This document shows positions 39,088 to 48,880 of a stretch of 64,000 nucleotides of DNA, in pieces. The notes beneath the pieces are model-generated. The model searched no databases. It had not been told where the DNA came from and was given only the letters and a program-made list of their open reading frames with translations. How positions within the stretch are numbered: position 1 is the first letter of the stretch; each line of letters starts with the position of its first letter. Location: NCBI GenBank assembly GCA_041488455.1, contig JBGPPG010000001.1:11996-75995 (forward strand), in the 5' to 3' direction. This DNA comes from Gemmatimonadota bacterium (GTDB lineage Bacteria > Gemmatimonadota > Gemmatimonadetes > Gemmatimonadales > GWC2-71-9). Position numbers and translations under genes: made by a program.

Positions 39088-40685
39088 TTCTCCTCTCGAT
39101 CCTCCTCCAGACCGCGGCCGCCTCTCCCCTCGCCATCCGGCCCGACACCGCCCGGCCCCACCACGACGCGCTGCACTACGACGTCACCCTCGTTCTGGGC
39201 GACAGCGGCCGCCACGTCCTGGGTGAAGTGGAAACTCAATGGCGGCTCCGGTCGGACCAGCCGATCGAGGTCCAGCTCGACTCGACCATGCGCGTGATCC
39301 GCGTGCTGATGAACGGGCGGGAGAATACCCGGCTCGCGCGCACCCGGTGGGGCCGTGCCGGCGAGATCGTCGTCGTGCCGCATGATGGCAAAGCGGGCGA
39401 TTCGCTCTCGACCCGGATCCGCTATCACGGCGACGTTCTCCGGGGACTCGCATTCCGGGGGGACAAGGCTCAAGGACTCGCCATTTTCGGCGACAACTGG
39501 CCCGATCGGGCGCACGGCTGGCTGCCGGTCGAAGACTATCCGAGCGACAAGGCGACCGTGAGCTTTCACGTCCAGGCCCCGGCGGCCTATCAGGTAATCG
39601 CGAACGGAACGCTCCAGAGCGTGGACACCCTCCCCTACGGTCATCTCGTCTGGAACTACCGGATGGACCGACCGATCCCGGTCTATACCATGGTATTCGG
39701 CCTTGGGCGGTTCTCGGTCGCCCGGCTTCCCGACGCAGCCTGTGATGTGCGCTGCGTTCCCCAGACTCTGTGGACCACACCGGAGGACTCGGCGTTCGCC
39801 GCCACCGGCCCGTTCCGCCGGGTCGGGGAGATCGTGGACTTCTATTCCCGGCTCATCGGCCCGTTTCCCTATCCCGATCTGGCGCACGTGGAGTCACTGA
39901 CGCCGTTCGGCGGCATGGAGAACGCCACGGCCATCTTCTACAACGACAGCCTGTACCGGGCGCGGGCGCTTCCGGAGGAGACGGTGGCGCACGAGACCGC
40001 TCATCAGTGGTTCGGCGACGCGGTCACGGAGGACGACTGGCACCACCTGTGGCTCTCGGAGGGATTCGCGACCTATCTCGCCGCAATGTGGGCCGAGCAT
40101 GCCGGCGGTGCCGCCGCGCTCGCCACCGAGATGCGCCGGGCAGCGGAGAGCTATTTCAAGTCGCAGTGGGTCGACCGTCCGGTGCTCGACCCGGCGGTGC
40201 GCAACCTCGACTCGCTGTTGAACGAGAACAACTACCAGAAGGGCTCGTGGGTGTTGCACCAGCTGCGCGGCCTCATTGGCGATTCCGCCTTCGTGGCCGG
40301 ACTCCGCGCGTACTACACGACCTACAAGGACAGCACCGCCCTCTCCGCCGACCTGGCCCACGTGATGACGGGCGTGGCCGGCCGCGATCTCGATTGGTAC
40401 TTCCGTCAAGCGCTGACCCAGCCGGGCTACCCGGTGCTCGACGTGCGCTGGAGTCAGGCGGCGGGGAAGCTCACGCTGTCCGTAGTGCAGACCCAGAAGC
40501 CGGAGTGGGGCACGTATCGGATGCCCGGACTCGAGCTGGCCATCGACGGGAAGATCGTGCGGCTCGACATCGAGGGCCGCGAGACACGGGCCGTGCTCGA
40601 CGGGTTCCCGCGCGCGCCGAAGAAGATCGTGGTGGACCCCGGCGCCTGGTGGCTGGCAAGGAGCAGTGTGACCAAAGTCCGGTGA
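39084..40685 (+). CDS. M1-family zinc aminopeptidase (aminopeptidase N-like), secreted
   Basis: ATGA overlap. GGMENATAIFY (GxMEN), HETAHQWFGDAVT...WLSEGFATY (HExxH-18-E). Confidence 0.9.
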   Translation: MILLSILLQTAAASPLAIRPDTARPHHDALHYDVTLVLGDSGRHVLGEVETQWRLRSDQPIEVQLDSTMRVIRVLMNGRENTRLARTRWGRAGEIVVVPHDGKAGDSLSTRIRYHGDVLRGLAFRGDKAQGLAIFGDNWPDRAHGWLPVEDYPSDKATVSFHVQAPAAYQVIANGTLQSVDTLPYGHLVWNYRMDRPIPVYTMVFGLGRFSVARLPDAACDVRCVPQTLWTTPEDSAFAATGPFRRVGEIVDFYSRLIGPFPYPDLAHVESLTPFGGMENATAIFYNDSLYRARALPEETVAHETAHQWFGDAVTEDDWHHLWLSEGFATYLAAMWAEHAGGAAALATEMRRAAESYFKSQWVDRPVLDPAVRNLDSLLNENNYQKGSWVLHQLRGLIGDSAFVAGLRAYYTTYKDSTALSADLAHVMTGVAGRDLDWYFRQALTQPGYPVLDVRWSQAAGKLTLSVVQTQKPEWGTYRMPGLELAIDGKIVRLDIEGRETRAVLDGFPRAPKKIVVDPGAWWLARSSVTKVR

Positions 40686-41425
40686 GAGCGGCGATCGCGG
40701 TCCTGCTCGTGTCCGCGTGCGCCGGGCTGTCGCCGCTTCGTGGCCGCGCGGTCGTCGGCCGCGACGCCTACGTGATCTTTGTCGGCGATGGACCCGGAGG
40801 TCAGGCGGACCTCTTCGCCGTCAGGGCGGACGGCGGCCCTGTGTTTCAGATCACCTTTACCAGCGTGGTCGAAGCCGCACCCGCGCTGTCGCCCGACGGC
40901 GGGACCGTGGCTTTTCTGCGCGGGCGCACCACAGGCGACTCGGTCCCAGTCGCCCTATGGGCCCTCAACCTGTTGAGCGGCGCGGAGCGCGAGCTCCCGC
41001 TGCCGGCGGGCGCGGGCGCGGATCGCGTGGGGTGGTCGGCGGACGGGAAGCTCATCTACGTGCGGGCCGGAAGCACGCGGTATGTGGTGCACGCGCCTCC
41101 CGCCGCGGCGCCCGCGCGGATCCTCGGCGAGGTCGAGCGCGCGGCCGCGGACTCGAGCTTCGCCGTCCTCCTCGGTGACCCGCCATTTGGCCGCGCGGTC
41201 CCCTGCGATCACGCCCTCTGCGTGCAGGGGGACTCGGGAGCGCCGAGCCGCTTTGCGGAGAACGCGCACGACGCCGCGCGTTGGGGGGCCGACTCGGTGG
41301 GATTCTTCTCGGGCGCGGACCTGGTCGTGCGTCCGCTGGGGACCGGGCGCGTGCGGCGGGTGGAGTGGAGCGCCGCGCCGGCGAGGCCGAGGGAGATGAC
41401 GGTCTTTCTAGGGAGGAGTGAGTAG
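40682..41425 (+). CDS. Lipoprotein with TolB-like/PD40-type beta-propeller repeats
   Basis: GTGA overlap. Lipobox LLVSAC. Repeats with ALSPDGGTVAFL and VGWSADGKLIYV. Confidence 0.6.
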   Translation: MRAAIAVLLVSACAGLSPLRGRAVVGRDAYVIFVGDGPGGQADLFAVRADGGPVFQITFTSVVEAAPALSPDGGTVAFLRGRTTGDSVPVALWALNLLSGAERELPLPAGAGADRVGWSADGKLIYVRAGSTRYVVHAPPAAAPARILGEVERAAADSSFAVLLGDPPFGRAVPCDHALCVQGDSGAPSRFAENAHDAARWGADSVGFFSGADLVVRPLGTGRVRRVEWSAAPARPREMTVFLGRSE

Positions 41426-41473
41426 GGAGAAGTTCCCCTCACTTCTCACTTCTCACTTCCCACTTCTCACTGC
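41413..41473. repeat. Heptamer arrays GAGGAGT GAGTAGG GAGAAGT (41413-41433) and ACTTCTC x4.7 (41441-41473) forming an imperfect hairpin between convergent genes
   Basis: GAGAAGT (41427-41433) pairs perfectly with ACTTCTC (41441-41447). The outer units pair 5/7 each. The arrays overlap both stop codons (41423-41425 and 41467-41469). Confidence 0.85.
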
Positions 41474-42054
41474 TTTATCGCGTGCCACGCCGCTTCCACG
41501 GCCTGGGCGGCCTGGGGATGGTCCGGCGTCCATTCCTTGGTGCAGACCCGCTCTGCCGCGAACGAGACCACCGCGAGCCAGACAGCCACCCAGAGGTCGG
41601 CCGGCCCCGGGCGCACCAGCCCATCCGACTTGCCGGCCGCGACGACCTGCTGGAGGGCTCCGCGCACTTCGCGGGCGGCCTCACGGCTTTTCTCGTCGAG
41701 GTAGCGCTCGTCACGGAACTGGAGGACCATGCGTGCACCGGCCGGGTCGTGCTCGGCGGCCTCCAGCAGTCGGCGACCTATGCGCTGGAGTCGCTCCGAG
41801 GCCCGGGCATTGTGATCCGCTTCCGCTTCCGTGATGACCCCGAGGGCCCAGCGCTGCGCGGCCCGATACACGGCGTTGAGCAGATCTTCCTTGCCCGAGA
41901 AATGGCGGTAAATCGTGCCCTCGGCGACCCCGGCGTGCGCCGCGATGGCGGGGGTCGTGGTGTCCCGGAAGCCACCGGTGGTGTAGAGCTCGAGCGCCGC
42001 GCGGAGCAGCTTCTGCCGAGTCGCCTCGCCGTCGCGTCGGGGGGTGGCGCACAT
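41467..42054 (-). CDS. TetR-family transcriptional regulator
   Basis: N-terminal HTH TRQKLLRAALELYTTGGFRDTTTPAIAAHAGVAEGTIYRHFSGKEDLL. Confidence 0.9.
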   Translation of the reverse strand: MCATPRRDGEATRQKLLRAALELYTTGGFRDTTTPAIAAHAGVAEGTIYRHFSGKEDLLNAVYRAAQRWALGVITEAEADHNARASERLQRIGRRLLEAAEHDPAGARMVLQFRDERYLDEKSREAAREVRGALQQVVAAGKSDGLVRPGPADLWVAVWLAVVSFAAERVCTKEWTPDHPQAAQAVEAAWHAIKQ

Positions 42055-42129
42055 GCCGGGAATCTAGCCGCGCCCTCGCGGACCTGCGGGCGGAACCCGG
42101 GTGCGCATCTTGCGGTTTCCAGGTGACCT

Positions 42130-42657
42130 ATGACCGACTTCCGCGCGCTGTGGAACCTGGCGCTTCCGTATGACGCCTTCCTCGCCGCGAGTGACCTCAA
42201 GCACCGCGGGCTCTGGGAGGGGCTGCACCGGCTCGCCCGCGTACCGGACTGGGCGCTGGCCGCCGTCCCCGCCGACGCGGGCCGCCGGCTATTGGTGCTC
42301 GCGGAGGACTGGTGTGGAGACGCGTCCAACACGATACCGGTGCTTGCGCGGCTCGCCGACCTGGCGCCCGGCGTCGAGCTTCGGGTCCTGCGCCGCGACG
42401 AGCACCCCGAGGTGATGGACCGCTACCTCACCAACGGGGCGCGATCGATCCCCATCGTGATCGTGCTGGACCGGGACTTCAGCGAGCTCGGTCATTGGGG
42501 CCCCCGGCCTGAGGCCCTGCAAAGCTGGGTGCTCGCCGAGCGGGCGCGCGGCATTCCGAAGGAGGAGCTCTATCCGTCGGTGCGGAAGTGGTATGCCCGG
42601 GACCACGGCGAGACGACACTGCGCGAGGTGCTCCAGGCGGCGAAGCTCGCGGCCTGA
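42130..42657 (+). CDS. Thioredoxin-fold protein (Thioredoxin_9-like, WCGD motif)
   Basis: LVLAEDWCGDASNTIPVLARL and SIPIVIVLD. Divergent from the TetR gene. Confidence 0.7.
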   Translation: MTDFRALWNLALPYDAFLAASDLKHRGLWEGLHRLARVPDWALAAVPADAGRRLLVLAEDWCGDASNTIPVLARLADLAPGVELRVLRRDEHPEVMDRYLTNGARSIPIVIVLDRDFSELGHWGPRPEALQSWVLAERARGIPKEELYPSVRKWYARDHGETTLREVLQAAKLAA

Positions 42658-42669
42658 CCTAACCGGGGC

Positions 42670-43875
42670 TCAGAACATCCACCCGAACCCGAAGGCGAGC
42701 CGGGTCTTATCGGGGCCCCGGGCGACGCTCAGGGTGAAGGCCGTGCTTCGGAGCACGCGCAGCGCGACACCGGCGCCACCGCCGACTTTGACCCCGTTGG
42801 TGGTAAGCGTGAACTCCGTGTCCTCGAAGACCCGCCCCGCATCCACAAAGCCCACCAGCACGAGCCCGGCCACGTTGGCGAACGAGATGAGGTTCTGCCG
42901 GACCTCGAAATTGCCCAGCAGCACTCCCTTGCCGGCCAGACGGCCGCTCTCGATGCCGCGAAACGAGAACGACCCGCCGAGCACCGGAATCGCGCGCTCC
43001 CAGCCGGGAATCATGTACCGGGCGTCGAGTGTCGGGCTGCCATAGAGCTGAGACCCCGCCAGCCTGGCCGCGAGCACAGTGCCCTCGCGCACCTGCATCC
43101 ACCCGCGAAGCACGCTGTACGCGCGCTCGTACCCCGTGCCGCTGGCAGCCACCTGATATCCGGCCTCGAGCAACACCCCGTGGTGCGGGTCGTATTCCGT
43201 ATCCCGGCTGTCGAGCACCAGCGCGGCGCGCAGGTACGCGTCGTCCTGCTGGAGCGAAGTGCCGATGGTCTGGAGAAACACCGACGTCCCCTCGTCGTGG
43301 GCGACGAACTTGGCGGACTCGGCCGAGCCCTGAAGCGCGACGTGCAGCGGCCCGGTGATCCGGCGCGTCACCTCCACCAGCGCCTGGTACCGCGTCCGCT
43401 GCACCTTGTAGAAGAAGGGGTCGGCGTCGGTGACGTTCGCGCTGTTGGAGACGGTCTCGTTCCCGATCCCGAAGAAGCCGTAGCGCGCCTCGCGGGTCGC
43501 CAGGAGCAATCCGGAGAAGCGCCAGTCCTTGACCAGGAGCGGGGCCCCGAACTGCGCCACCGCGAACCGGGTACCGCGGAAGCCAATGCCGACGTCGAGC
43601 TGAGCGAACGCGCGCGCCGTGACGCGCTCCTCGTAGGGCGCGGCCTGCGACCGGCGGATCCGGAATGAGATGAGCGGTCCGTCGTTGGCGAGCCCGGAGA
43701 GGTAGGGGAAGTAGCTCGTGCGCCAGGGCACGTCGGTATTGGTGCGCGGCGGCGCGGCTGGCGCCGGCTGGGCGGGCGGTGCGGGGGCCGAGGGCTCCTG
43801 CGCTTGTGCCGGCGGGCCCGCGAGCGATCCCAGGGACGCGAGCCACACCGCCGCCCGGCGAAGGCAGGGCCGCAT
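42670..43875 (-). CDS. Outer-membrane beta-barrel protein (Omp85/surface-antigen-like, no POTRA seen)
   Basis: Signal peptide ending AQA. Alternating-strand sequence. C-terminus RLAFGFGWMF. The start shares 1 nt with the upstream stop. Confidence 0.7.
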   Translation of the reverse strand: MRPCLRRAAVWLASLGSLAGPPAQAQEPSAPAPPAQPAPAAPPRTNTDVPWRTSYFPYLSGLANDGPLISFRIRRSQAAPYEERVTARAFAQLDVGIGFRGTRFAVAQFGAPLLVKDWRFSGLLLATREARYGFFGIGNETVSNSANVTDADPFFYKVQRTRYQALVEVTRRITGPLHVALQGSAESAKFVAHDEGTSVFLQTIGTSLQQDDAYLRAALVLDSRDTEYDPHHGVLLEAGYQVAASGTGYERAYSVLRGWMQVREGTVLAARLAGSQLYGSPTLDARYMIPGWERAIPVLGGSFSFRGIESGRLAGKGVLLGNFEVRQNLISFANVAGLVLVGFVDAGRVFEDTEFTLTTNGVKVGGGAGVALRVLRSTAFTLSVARGPDKTRLAFGFGWMF

Positions 43876-44921
43876 CAGGTCGGTCTCTCGAACATAGAGG
43901 CCGCGTCTCGTAGCGCCGCCTCGCGGCCGTCGTGGGCCGCGTACTTGCCGGGATAGAGACTGGCCGCGCCGAACTCACCGCGCTTGGTCACCGCGTAGAA
44001 CTTGAGATCGAACTTCGGCCGCCCGTCGGGATAGAGCAGGCGCGGGGGCGTGAGCGCGAGCACGCGCCGGAGCGTCTCGAGGCAGGCGTCGGTCGGCTTC
44101 ATGCCTCGGCGCATGTGCTCGACGGTGAGGAAGCCGCCCGAGACCATGATGTTCGACTCGCCGCGCCCGGTTGATCCTGCCGCACCGACTTCGTTGTCGG
44201 TGTACTGGCCGGCCCCGACGATCGCGCTGTCCCCCACGCGCCCGGCGATCTTGAAGGCGAGGCCGCTCGTGGTGGTCACGGACGACACGTCGCCCGCCGC
44301 GTTGACGACGTCCAGATTGATCGTGCCGGTCGGCCTGGCCACCATCGGCGTCTTGGGCGCGACGTCGAGCCAGTCGTCGTTCGGGCCGCGGTTGGCGCGC
44401 CATTCGAGCCAGGCCTGGCGCGACTCGGGAGTCAGCAGGTCCTCTTCCTTGAATCCATAGGAAAGCGCGAAGCGCTTGGCGCCCTCGCCCACCAGCAGGA
44501 TGTGGTTGGTGTACAGCATCACCAGCTTCGCCACCTCGCTCGGGGTCTTGATCCCTTCGAGCGCGGCGACCGCACCGGCGCGCTTGGTCGGGCCGTGCAT
44601 GCACGAGGCGTCCAGCTGGACCACCCCGTCCTCGTTGGGCAGGCCCCCGTACCCCACCGAGTTGTCGGTTGGATCGAGCTCCTGGATCTTGACGCCCTCG
44701 ATCGCGGCGTCGAGGGTGTCGGTCCCCTGAAGCAGGAGCTCCATCGCCCGGCTCACGGCCGGGAGACCGTTGGCCGAGCTGACCGCGGCGGCCCGCGCGG
44801 TGCGACGGCGCAGGACGGCGGGGGCGGCGATCGCTGCGGCTCCCAACGACGGGAGGCGCAGCGACACGGCAGCAGCTCCCGCCGCGCCGAGAAACCCGCG
44901 GCGGGTCAATGCGCTGAGCAT
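43875..44921 (-). CDS. Glycosylasparaginase / isoaspartyl peptidase (Ntn-hydrolase, asparaginase-2 family), Tat-exported
   Basis: Twin-arginine motif TRRGFLGAAG. Autoprocessing site region GTINLDVV and GRVGDSAIVGAGQY. Confidence 0.85.
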   Translation of the reverse strand: MLSALTRRGFLGAAGAAAVSLRLPSLGAAAIAAPAVLRRRTARAAAVSSANGLPAVSRAMELLLQGTDTLDAAIEGVKIQELDPTDNSVGYGGLPNEDGVVQLDASCMHGPTKRAGAVAALEGIKTPSEVAKLVMLYTNHILLVGEGAKRFALSYGFKEEDLLTPESRQAWLEWRANRGPNDDWLDVAPKTPMVARPTGTINLDVVNAAGDVSSVTTTSGLAFKIAGRVGDSAIVGAGQYTDNEVGAAGSTGRGESNIMVSGGFLTVEHMRRGMKPTDACLETLRRVLALTPPRLLYPDGRPKFDLKFYAVTKRGEFGAASLYPGKYAAHDGREAALRDAASMFERPT

Positions 44922-44938
44922 GCAGGCACCCTCTCTGT

Positions 44939-45700
44939 GTGGAACCGATCGTGCGGGATTTAGGGCGCCCAGCGGAAGATGTCAACTTGCCGCCGCTCGG
45001 AGCGGTTCGTACGTTTGGGCCGTTGACGCCGCCGACTCCGCTCCGCCCGCCCGCCGCCCGCGACCCCACGTCGATCGAGGACCCGCTCTCGCTCGCCCGC
45101 ATCGCCGTGGCGGCGATCCTGCTCTTCGCTACGATCGTGGCGTTGCTGCTCTGGGCTACGGGCCTCGTGCCGAGAGCTCTCGTACTCGTCGGCGTTCTCT
45201 GGGCGCTCTACGGATTCGTGCTGGGGCTCCTGGGCGGCGTGCTCGAACCGCTGGTGGAGGGTCTCGGCCGGGCCTTCACCGACGTCGGCCTCGTGCGCGC
45301 GGGAGGCGGCTACTCCCCCATCGAGACCCTTGTGGCCCAGGGGCACTACGCTGAGGCAGCGGAGGCCTATCGCGAGCGCGCGCAGACACCGGACGACCGC
45401 GCGGAGGCGACGCTCCGCCGCGCCGCTCTCCTCGCCGGCGTGCTGGGCGAGCCGGAGACAGCCGGCGCGGAGCTGGAAAATCTCCGGGCCAGCGACAAGC
45501 GGCTCACCCCGGCCGAGGACATCCGCGTCGGCCTCGCTCTGGCCGAGCTGGCCGAGCACCGGCTTGGCGATCCCGGGCGTGCCATGGCCGAGCTGCGCCG
45601 CCTGATCGATCGCTACCCGAGCGGCCGCCACCTGCGCCGCCTCCGGGCGGGGCTGGCGGAGCTCAAGGCCCAACGCTTCCACGATGCCCCGACGACCTAG
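44939..45700 (+). CDS. Hypothetical membrane protein with a TPR-like C-terminal region; start uncertain
   Basis: Two TM helices (IAVAAILLFATIVALLLWA, LVLVGVLWALYGFVLGLLGGV), then helical Ala/Arg/Glu-rich repeats. Only 17 nt separate it from the divergent neighbour. Confidence 0.5.
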   Translation: MEPIVRDLGRPAEDVNLPPLGAVRTFGPLTPPTPLRPPAARDPTSIEDPLSLARIAVAAILLFATIVALLLWATGLVPRALVLVGVLWALYGFVLGLLGGVLEPLVEGLGRAFTDVGLVRAGGGYSPIETLVAQGHYAEAAEAYRERAQTPDDRAEATLRRAALLAGVLGEPETAGAELENLRASDKRLTPAEDIRVGLALAELAEHRLGDPGRAMAELRRLIDRYPSGRHLRRLRAGLAELKAQRFHDAPTT

Positions 45701-46742
45701 GCTCGACCCCGCCATCTTCCACCTGCCGGTCGAGAAGATGCGGGCAGGCTACTACTCGGACAAGTATTTCGTCCGCGCGAGGGAGGTCCTCCTCGCCGAC
45801 CGGCATCGGCCCCGCGTGACCATGCAAGTGTTCGGGAAGGCGCACGCGTTTCTGGGCGGGGTTGACGAAGCGGTCGCAATCCTGAAGCTGTGCGCCATCG
45901 CCTGGCCCGACCTCACGGTGCACGCCCTCTACGAGGGGGAGGAGATCGCCCCGTGGGAGACGGTGCTCCTGATCGAGGGCCCCTACGACGCCTTCGCCCA
46001 CCTGGAGACGCTGTATCTCGGCGTTCTCGCGCGGCGCACGCGCGTCGGCACCAACACGCGGCGCGTCGTGGAGGCCGCGGCACCGAAGGAGGTCATCTTC
46101 TTCCCCGCGCGGCATGACCACTGGCTGGTGCAGACCGGTGACGGCTACGCGGCGCACATCGCCGGCGCCATCGGCGTGTCGACTGATGCGCAGGCTTCCT
46201 GGTGGGGGAGCGAGGGCATGGGCACGGTGCCCCACGGACTCATCGCCGCCTACGGCGGCGACACGGCGCTCGCGACCCGGAAATTCGAGCAGTACGTAGC
46301 CGGCGACGTCAAACTCGTGGCCCTGGTCGATTTCGAGAACGACTGCGTGCGGACCTCGCTCGAGGTGGCGAGCGCGCTGGGCGACCGTCTCTACGGTGTC
46401 CGGCTCGACACCAGCGAGATGCTGGTGGACCGCTCGCTCTGGAACCAGATGGGCCGAGAGAAACCCACGGGCGTGAACCCGCCGCTCGTGCGGAACGTCC
46501 GCTCGGCGCTGGACCGTCATGGCTTCAAGCGGGTGAAGATCGTCGTGTCCGGAGGGTTCACGGTCGAGAAGATCCGGGAGTTCGAGGCGCAGGGTGTGCC
46601 GGTGGATGCGTACGGGGTGGGCTCGTCCCTGTTCCAGGGACGTTACGACTTCACGGCGGACGTCGTGCTGCTGGAGGGAAAGCCGTGCGCCAAGGCCGGC
46701 CGGGAGTATCGGCCGAATCCAAGGCTCGAGCTGGTGAAATGA
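45684..46742 (+). CDS. pncB: Nicotinate phosphoribosyltransferase (short, archaeal-like type II PRTase)
   Basis: 352 aa. YYSDKYFVRAREVL, FFPARHD, GTVPHGLI, VRLDTS. Coupled to a nicotinamidase gene. Confidence 0.75.
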   Translation: MPRRPRLDPAIFHLPVEKMRAGYYSDKYFVRAREVLLADRHRPRVTMQVFGKAHAFLGGVDEAVAILKLCAIAWPDLTVHALYEGEEIAPWETVLLIEGPYDAFAHLETLYLGVLARRTRVGTNTRRVVEAAAPKEVIFFPARHDHWLVQTGDGYAAHIAGAIGVSTDAQASWWGSEGMGTVPHGLIAAYGGDTALATRKFEQYVAGDVKLVALVDFENDCVRTSLEVASALGDRLYGVRLDTSEMLVDRSLWNQMGREKPTGVNPPLVRNVRSALDRHGFKRVKIVVSGGFTVEKIREFEAQGVPVDAYGVGSSLFQGRYDFTADVVLLEGKPCAKAGREYRPNPRLELVK

Positions 46743-47395
46743 CCCCCCGCGTCGTCTTCTGGGACGTGGATACCCAGCACGATTTCATGGATCCCGGCGG
46801 GAAGCTCTACGTGCCGGGTGCCGAGGCGCTGGTCCCGGCACTCGCAGCACTGACCGAGTTCGCGCACGCCCACCGGATTCCGATCGTCGCTTCGTCCGAC
46901 GATCACGTGCTCGCGCACGCCGAGATCAGCGACACGCCCGATTGGGCCACGACGTTTCCGCCCCACTGTCTCCGGGGGACGCCAGGCCAGCGCAAGATCG
47001 CGGCGACGAGCCTCGCCGATCCGCTGGTGCTCCATCCCGAGCCGGAGGATCCCACGGCGTTGGCTGCCCGCGCGAGGGCGCACGGCGGTGACTTCCTGCT
47101 GCTCAAGCACGAGCTCGACGTTTTCTCCAACCCGAACGCCCGTGTTCTCCTGGATGCGCTGGCGCCCGAAGCGATCGTGGTTTACGGCGTGGCGACCGAC
47201 TTCTGCGATCGGTGCGCCATCGAGGGTCTGCTCCGGGAGCGGCCGGGAGCCGCGCTGCTCTTTGTCACTGACGCCGCCCGCGCCATCGATCCGGCCAAGG
47301 GCCACGCCCTCGAGCGCGAGTGGGAGGCCCGCGGAGTTCGCTTGGTGCGCACCAACGACGTCGTGAGCGGTCGGGCGCTGGAGCCCTGGCTCTGA
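46739..47395 (+). CDS. pncA: Nicotinamidase / isochorismatase-family hydrolase
   Basis: ATGA overlap. VFWDVDTQHDF (Asp), YGVATDFCDRCA (Cys nucleophile region). Confidence 0.8.
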   Translation: MTPRVVFWDVDTQHDFMDPGGKLYVPGAEALVPALAALTEFAHAHRIPIVASSDDHVLAHAEISDTPDWATTFPPHCLRGTPGQRKIAATSLADPLVLHPEPEDPTALAARARAHGGDFLLLKHELDVFSNPNARVLLDALAPEAIVVYGVATDFCDRCAIEGLLRERPGAALLFVTDAARAIDPAKGHALEREWEARGVRLVRTNDVVSGRALEPWL

Positions 47396-48468
47396 GCGGA
47401 TTCGGACGCCTCTTCCTACCGGGACCGACGGAAGTCCATCCGGACGTCCTCGCCGCACTGGGCCGCCCGATGATCTCGCCCTGGAGCGACGAGGCCACCG
47501 TCCTTTTCGCGTCACTCCAGGCGCCGCTCCGCCGCCTGTTCCGGACGACGCAACCGGTGCTCATCACCGCCTCTTCGGCCAGCGGCATGGCGGAGGCCGC
47601 GATCCGGAACGCGGTCGAGCGCCGTGTCCTCGTGGTGGTGGGCGGGTTCTTCGGGGACTGGTTCGCCCGGATCGCCGAAGCGTGCGGCAAGGACGTTGTG
47701 CGGCTCTCGGTGCCCACGGGCCGGACCCTGGAGCCGGACCAGCTGGAGCGGCTCCTGGACGGCCCGCCGGTGGACGCCGTCGCGCTGGTGCACTCCGACA
47801 CCTCGACCGGTGCGCTCGCGCTGCTGGCGGAGCTCGCCCGGGTGGTGCGAGCGCGCTCGAACGCGCTCCTGCTGGTGGACGCCGTGACCTCGGTCGGGGC
47901 GCTGCCCCTGGAGACCGACGGCTGGGGGCTCGACTTCGTGTTCACCGGCTCCCAGAAAGCGCTCGCCCTGCCTCCCGGCCTCGGCCTCGGGGTCGCGTCG
48001 GAGCGCCTGCTCGAGCGGGCCGCGCGCCGGCACGACCGCGGCTGGTACTTCGACCTGCTCAAGTACGATCAGGCCGCACGGACTTCGCGTCCTACCCAGA
48101 CCCCGGCGCTGTCATTGATCTATGCCCTGGAGCGCCAGCTCGCGCGGATCGACGCGGAGGGCGGCATGGAGGCCCGGTGGCGGCGCCACCGGGCCATGCT
48201 CGACGTAATGGAGGGGTGGGCGGGAGAGCATCCGGAGTTCCCGCTGCTCGCGGCGCCGGACCGCCGCTCCTGGGCCGTCTCAGCGCTGACCCCGCCGGCC
48301 CGGCTCCCGGTGCCGGAGATCCTGAGCCGGATGCGGGTCCGGGGGTTCACGCTCGCGGGTGGGCTCGGCGACCTCGCCGAGCGGGTGATCCGGATCGGCC
48401 ACATGGGCGACCTCGAGCCCGCGCACCTCGAGACCATGCTCGCGGAGCTGGCGGGGGTCGGCTTGTGA
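47320..48468 (+). CDS. Class V aminotransferase (serine-pyruvate/alanine-glyoxylate type); start uncertain
   Basis: LFLPGPTEV N-terminal motif and the PLP-lysine motif FTGSQKALALPPGLG. ATG 47320 overlaps pncA by 76 nt, and there is no other canonical start before the LPGPT motif. Confidence 0.8.
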   Translation: MGGPRSSLGAHQRRRERSGAGALALSGFGRLFLPGPTEVHPDVLAALGRPMISPWSDEATVLFASLQAPLRRLFRTTQPVLITASSASGMAEAAIRNAVERRVLVVVGGFFGDWFARIAEACGKDVVRLSVPTGRTLEPDQLERLLDGPPVDAVALVHSDTSTGALALLAELARVVRARSNALLLVDAVTSVGALPLETDGWGLDFVFTGSQKALALPPGLGLGVASERLLERAARRHDRGWYFDLLKYDQAARTSRPTQTPALSLIYALERQLARIDAEGGMEARWRRHRAMLDVMEGWAGEHPEFPLLAAPDRRSWAVSALTPPARLPVPEILSRMRVRGFTLAGGLGDLAERVIRIGHMGDLEPAHLETMLAELAGVGL

Positions 48469-48608
48469 CTTGGCGCACAGCGGCTGCCCCTGGGGAGCTT
48501 TCATGTTGGCCGTGGCGGTTGTTCGAGGTCCGGCCGGCACCGGGCCCCGACAGATGTGAGCCGCCATCATTCTGCAACAACATTGCTTCTGTACTCCATA
48601 TCCTGCCT

Positions 48609-48643
48609 GGGACGGGCGCCGTGAGGCGTCCGTTCCTTTTTTT
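48609..48643 (+). terminator. Canonical Rho-independent terminator
   Basis: 12-bp stem GGGACGGGCGCC (48609-48620) / GGCGTCCGTTCC (48625-48636) with two G-U pairs and a GTGA tetraloop, followed by T7 (48637-48643). Confidence 0.85.
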
Positions 48644-48851
48644 CTGGCCCCCCCAAAGGCACGGGGTGACCCGGCCATCGCGTAGTGGGCCCGCCCACGG
48701 CCAGCCATTGACGCGGGCCCCCGGCTGCATAGACTTCCGGGCATGTGCATGAACGCCCGCCGACTCATCGGCATTCTTCCCATCCGGCTCCTCTCGGGAG
48801 GCGGTGGGCGGGTGCGCGACTGAAATTCGGCAATCGGCGCAACCGAACCCA

Positions 48852-48880
48852 CGCGGCCTCCCGACCCCCGGGGGGCCGCG
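48852..48880 (+). promoter_or_regulatory. GC-rich hairpin 33 nt upstream of the cimA ATG (attenuator or leader structure candidate)
   Basis: CGCGGCCTCCC (48852-48862) pairs with GGGGGGCCGCG (48870-48880): 11 bp including one G-U. 7-nt loop. Followed by GTGCTTTC. Confidence 0.35.
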
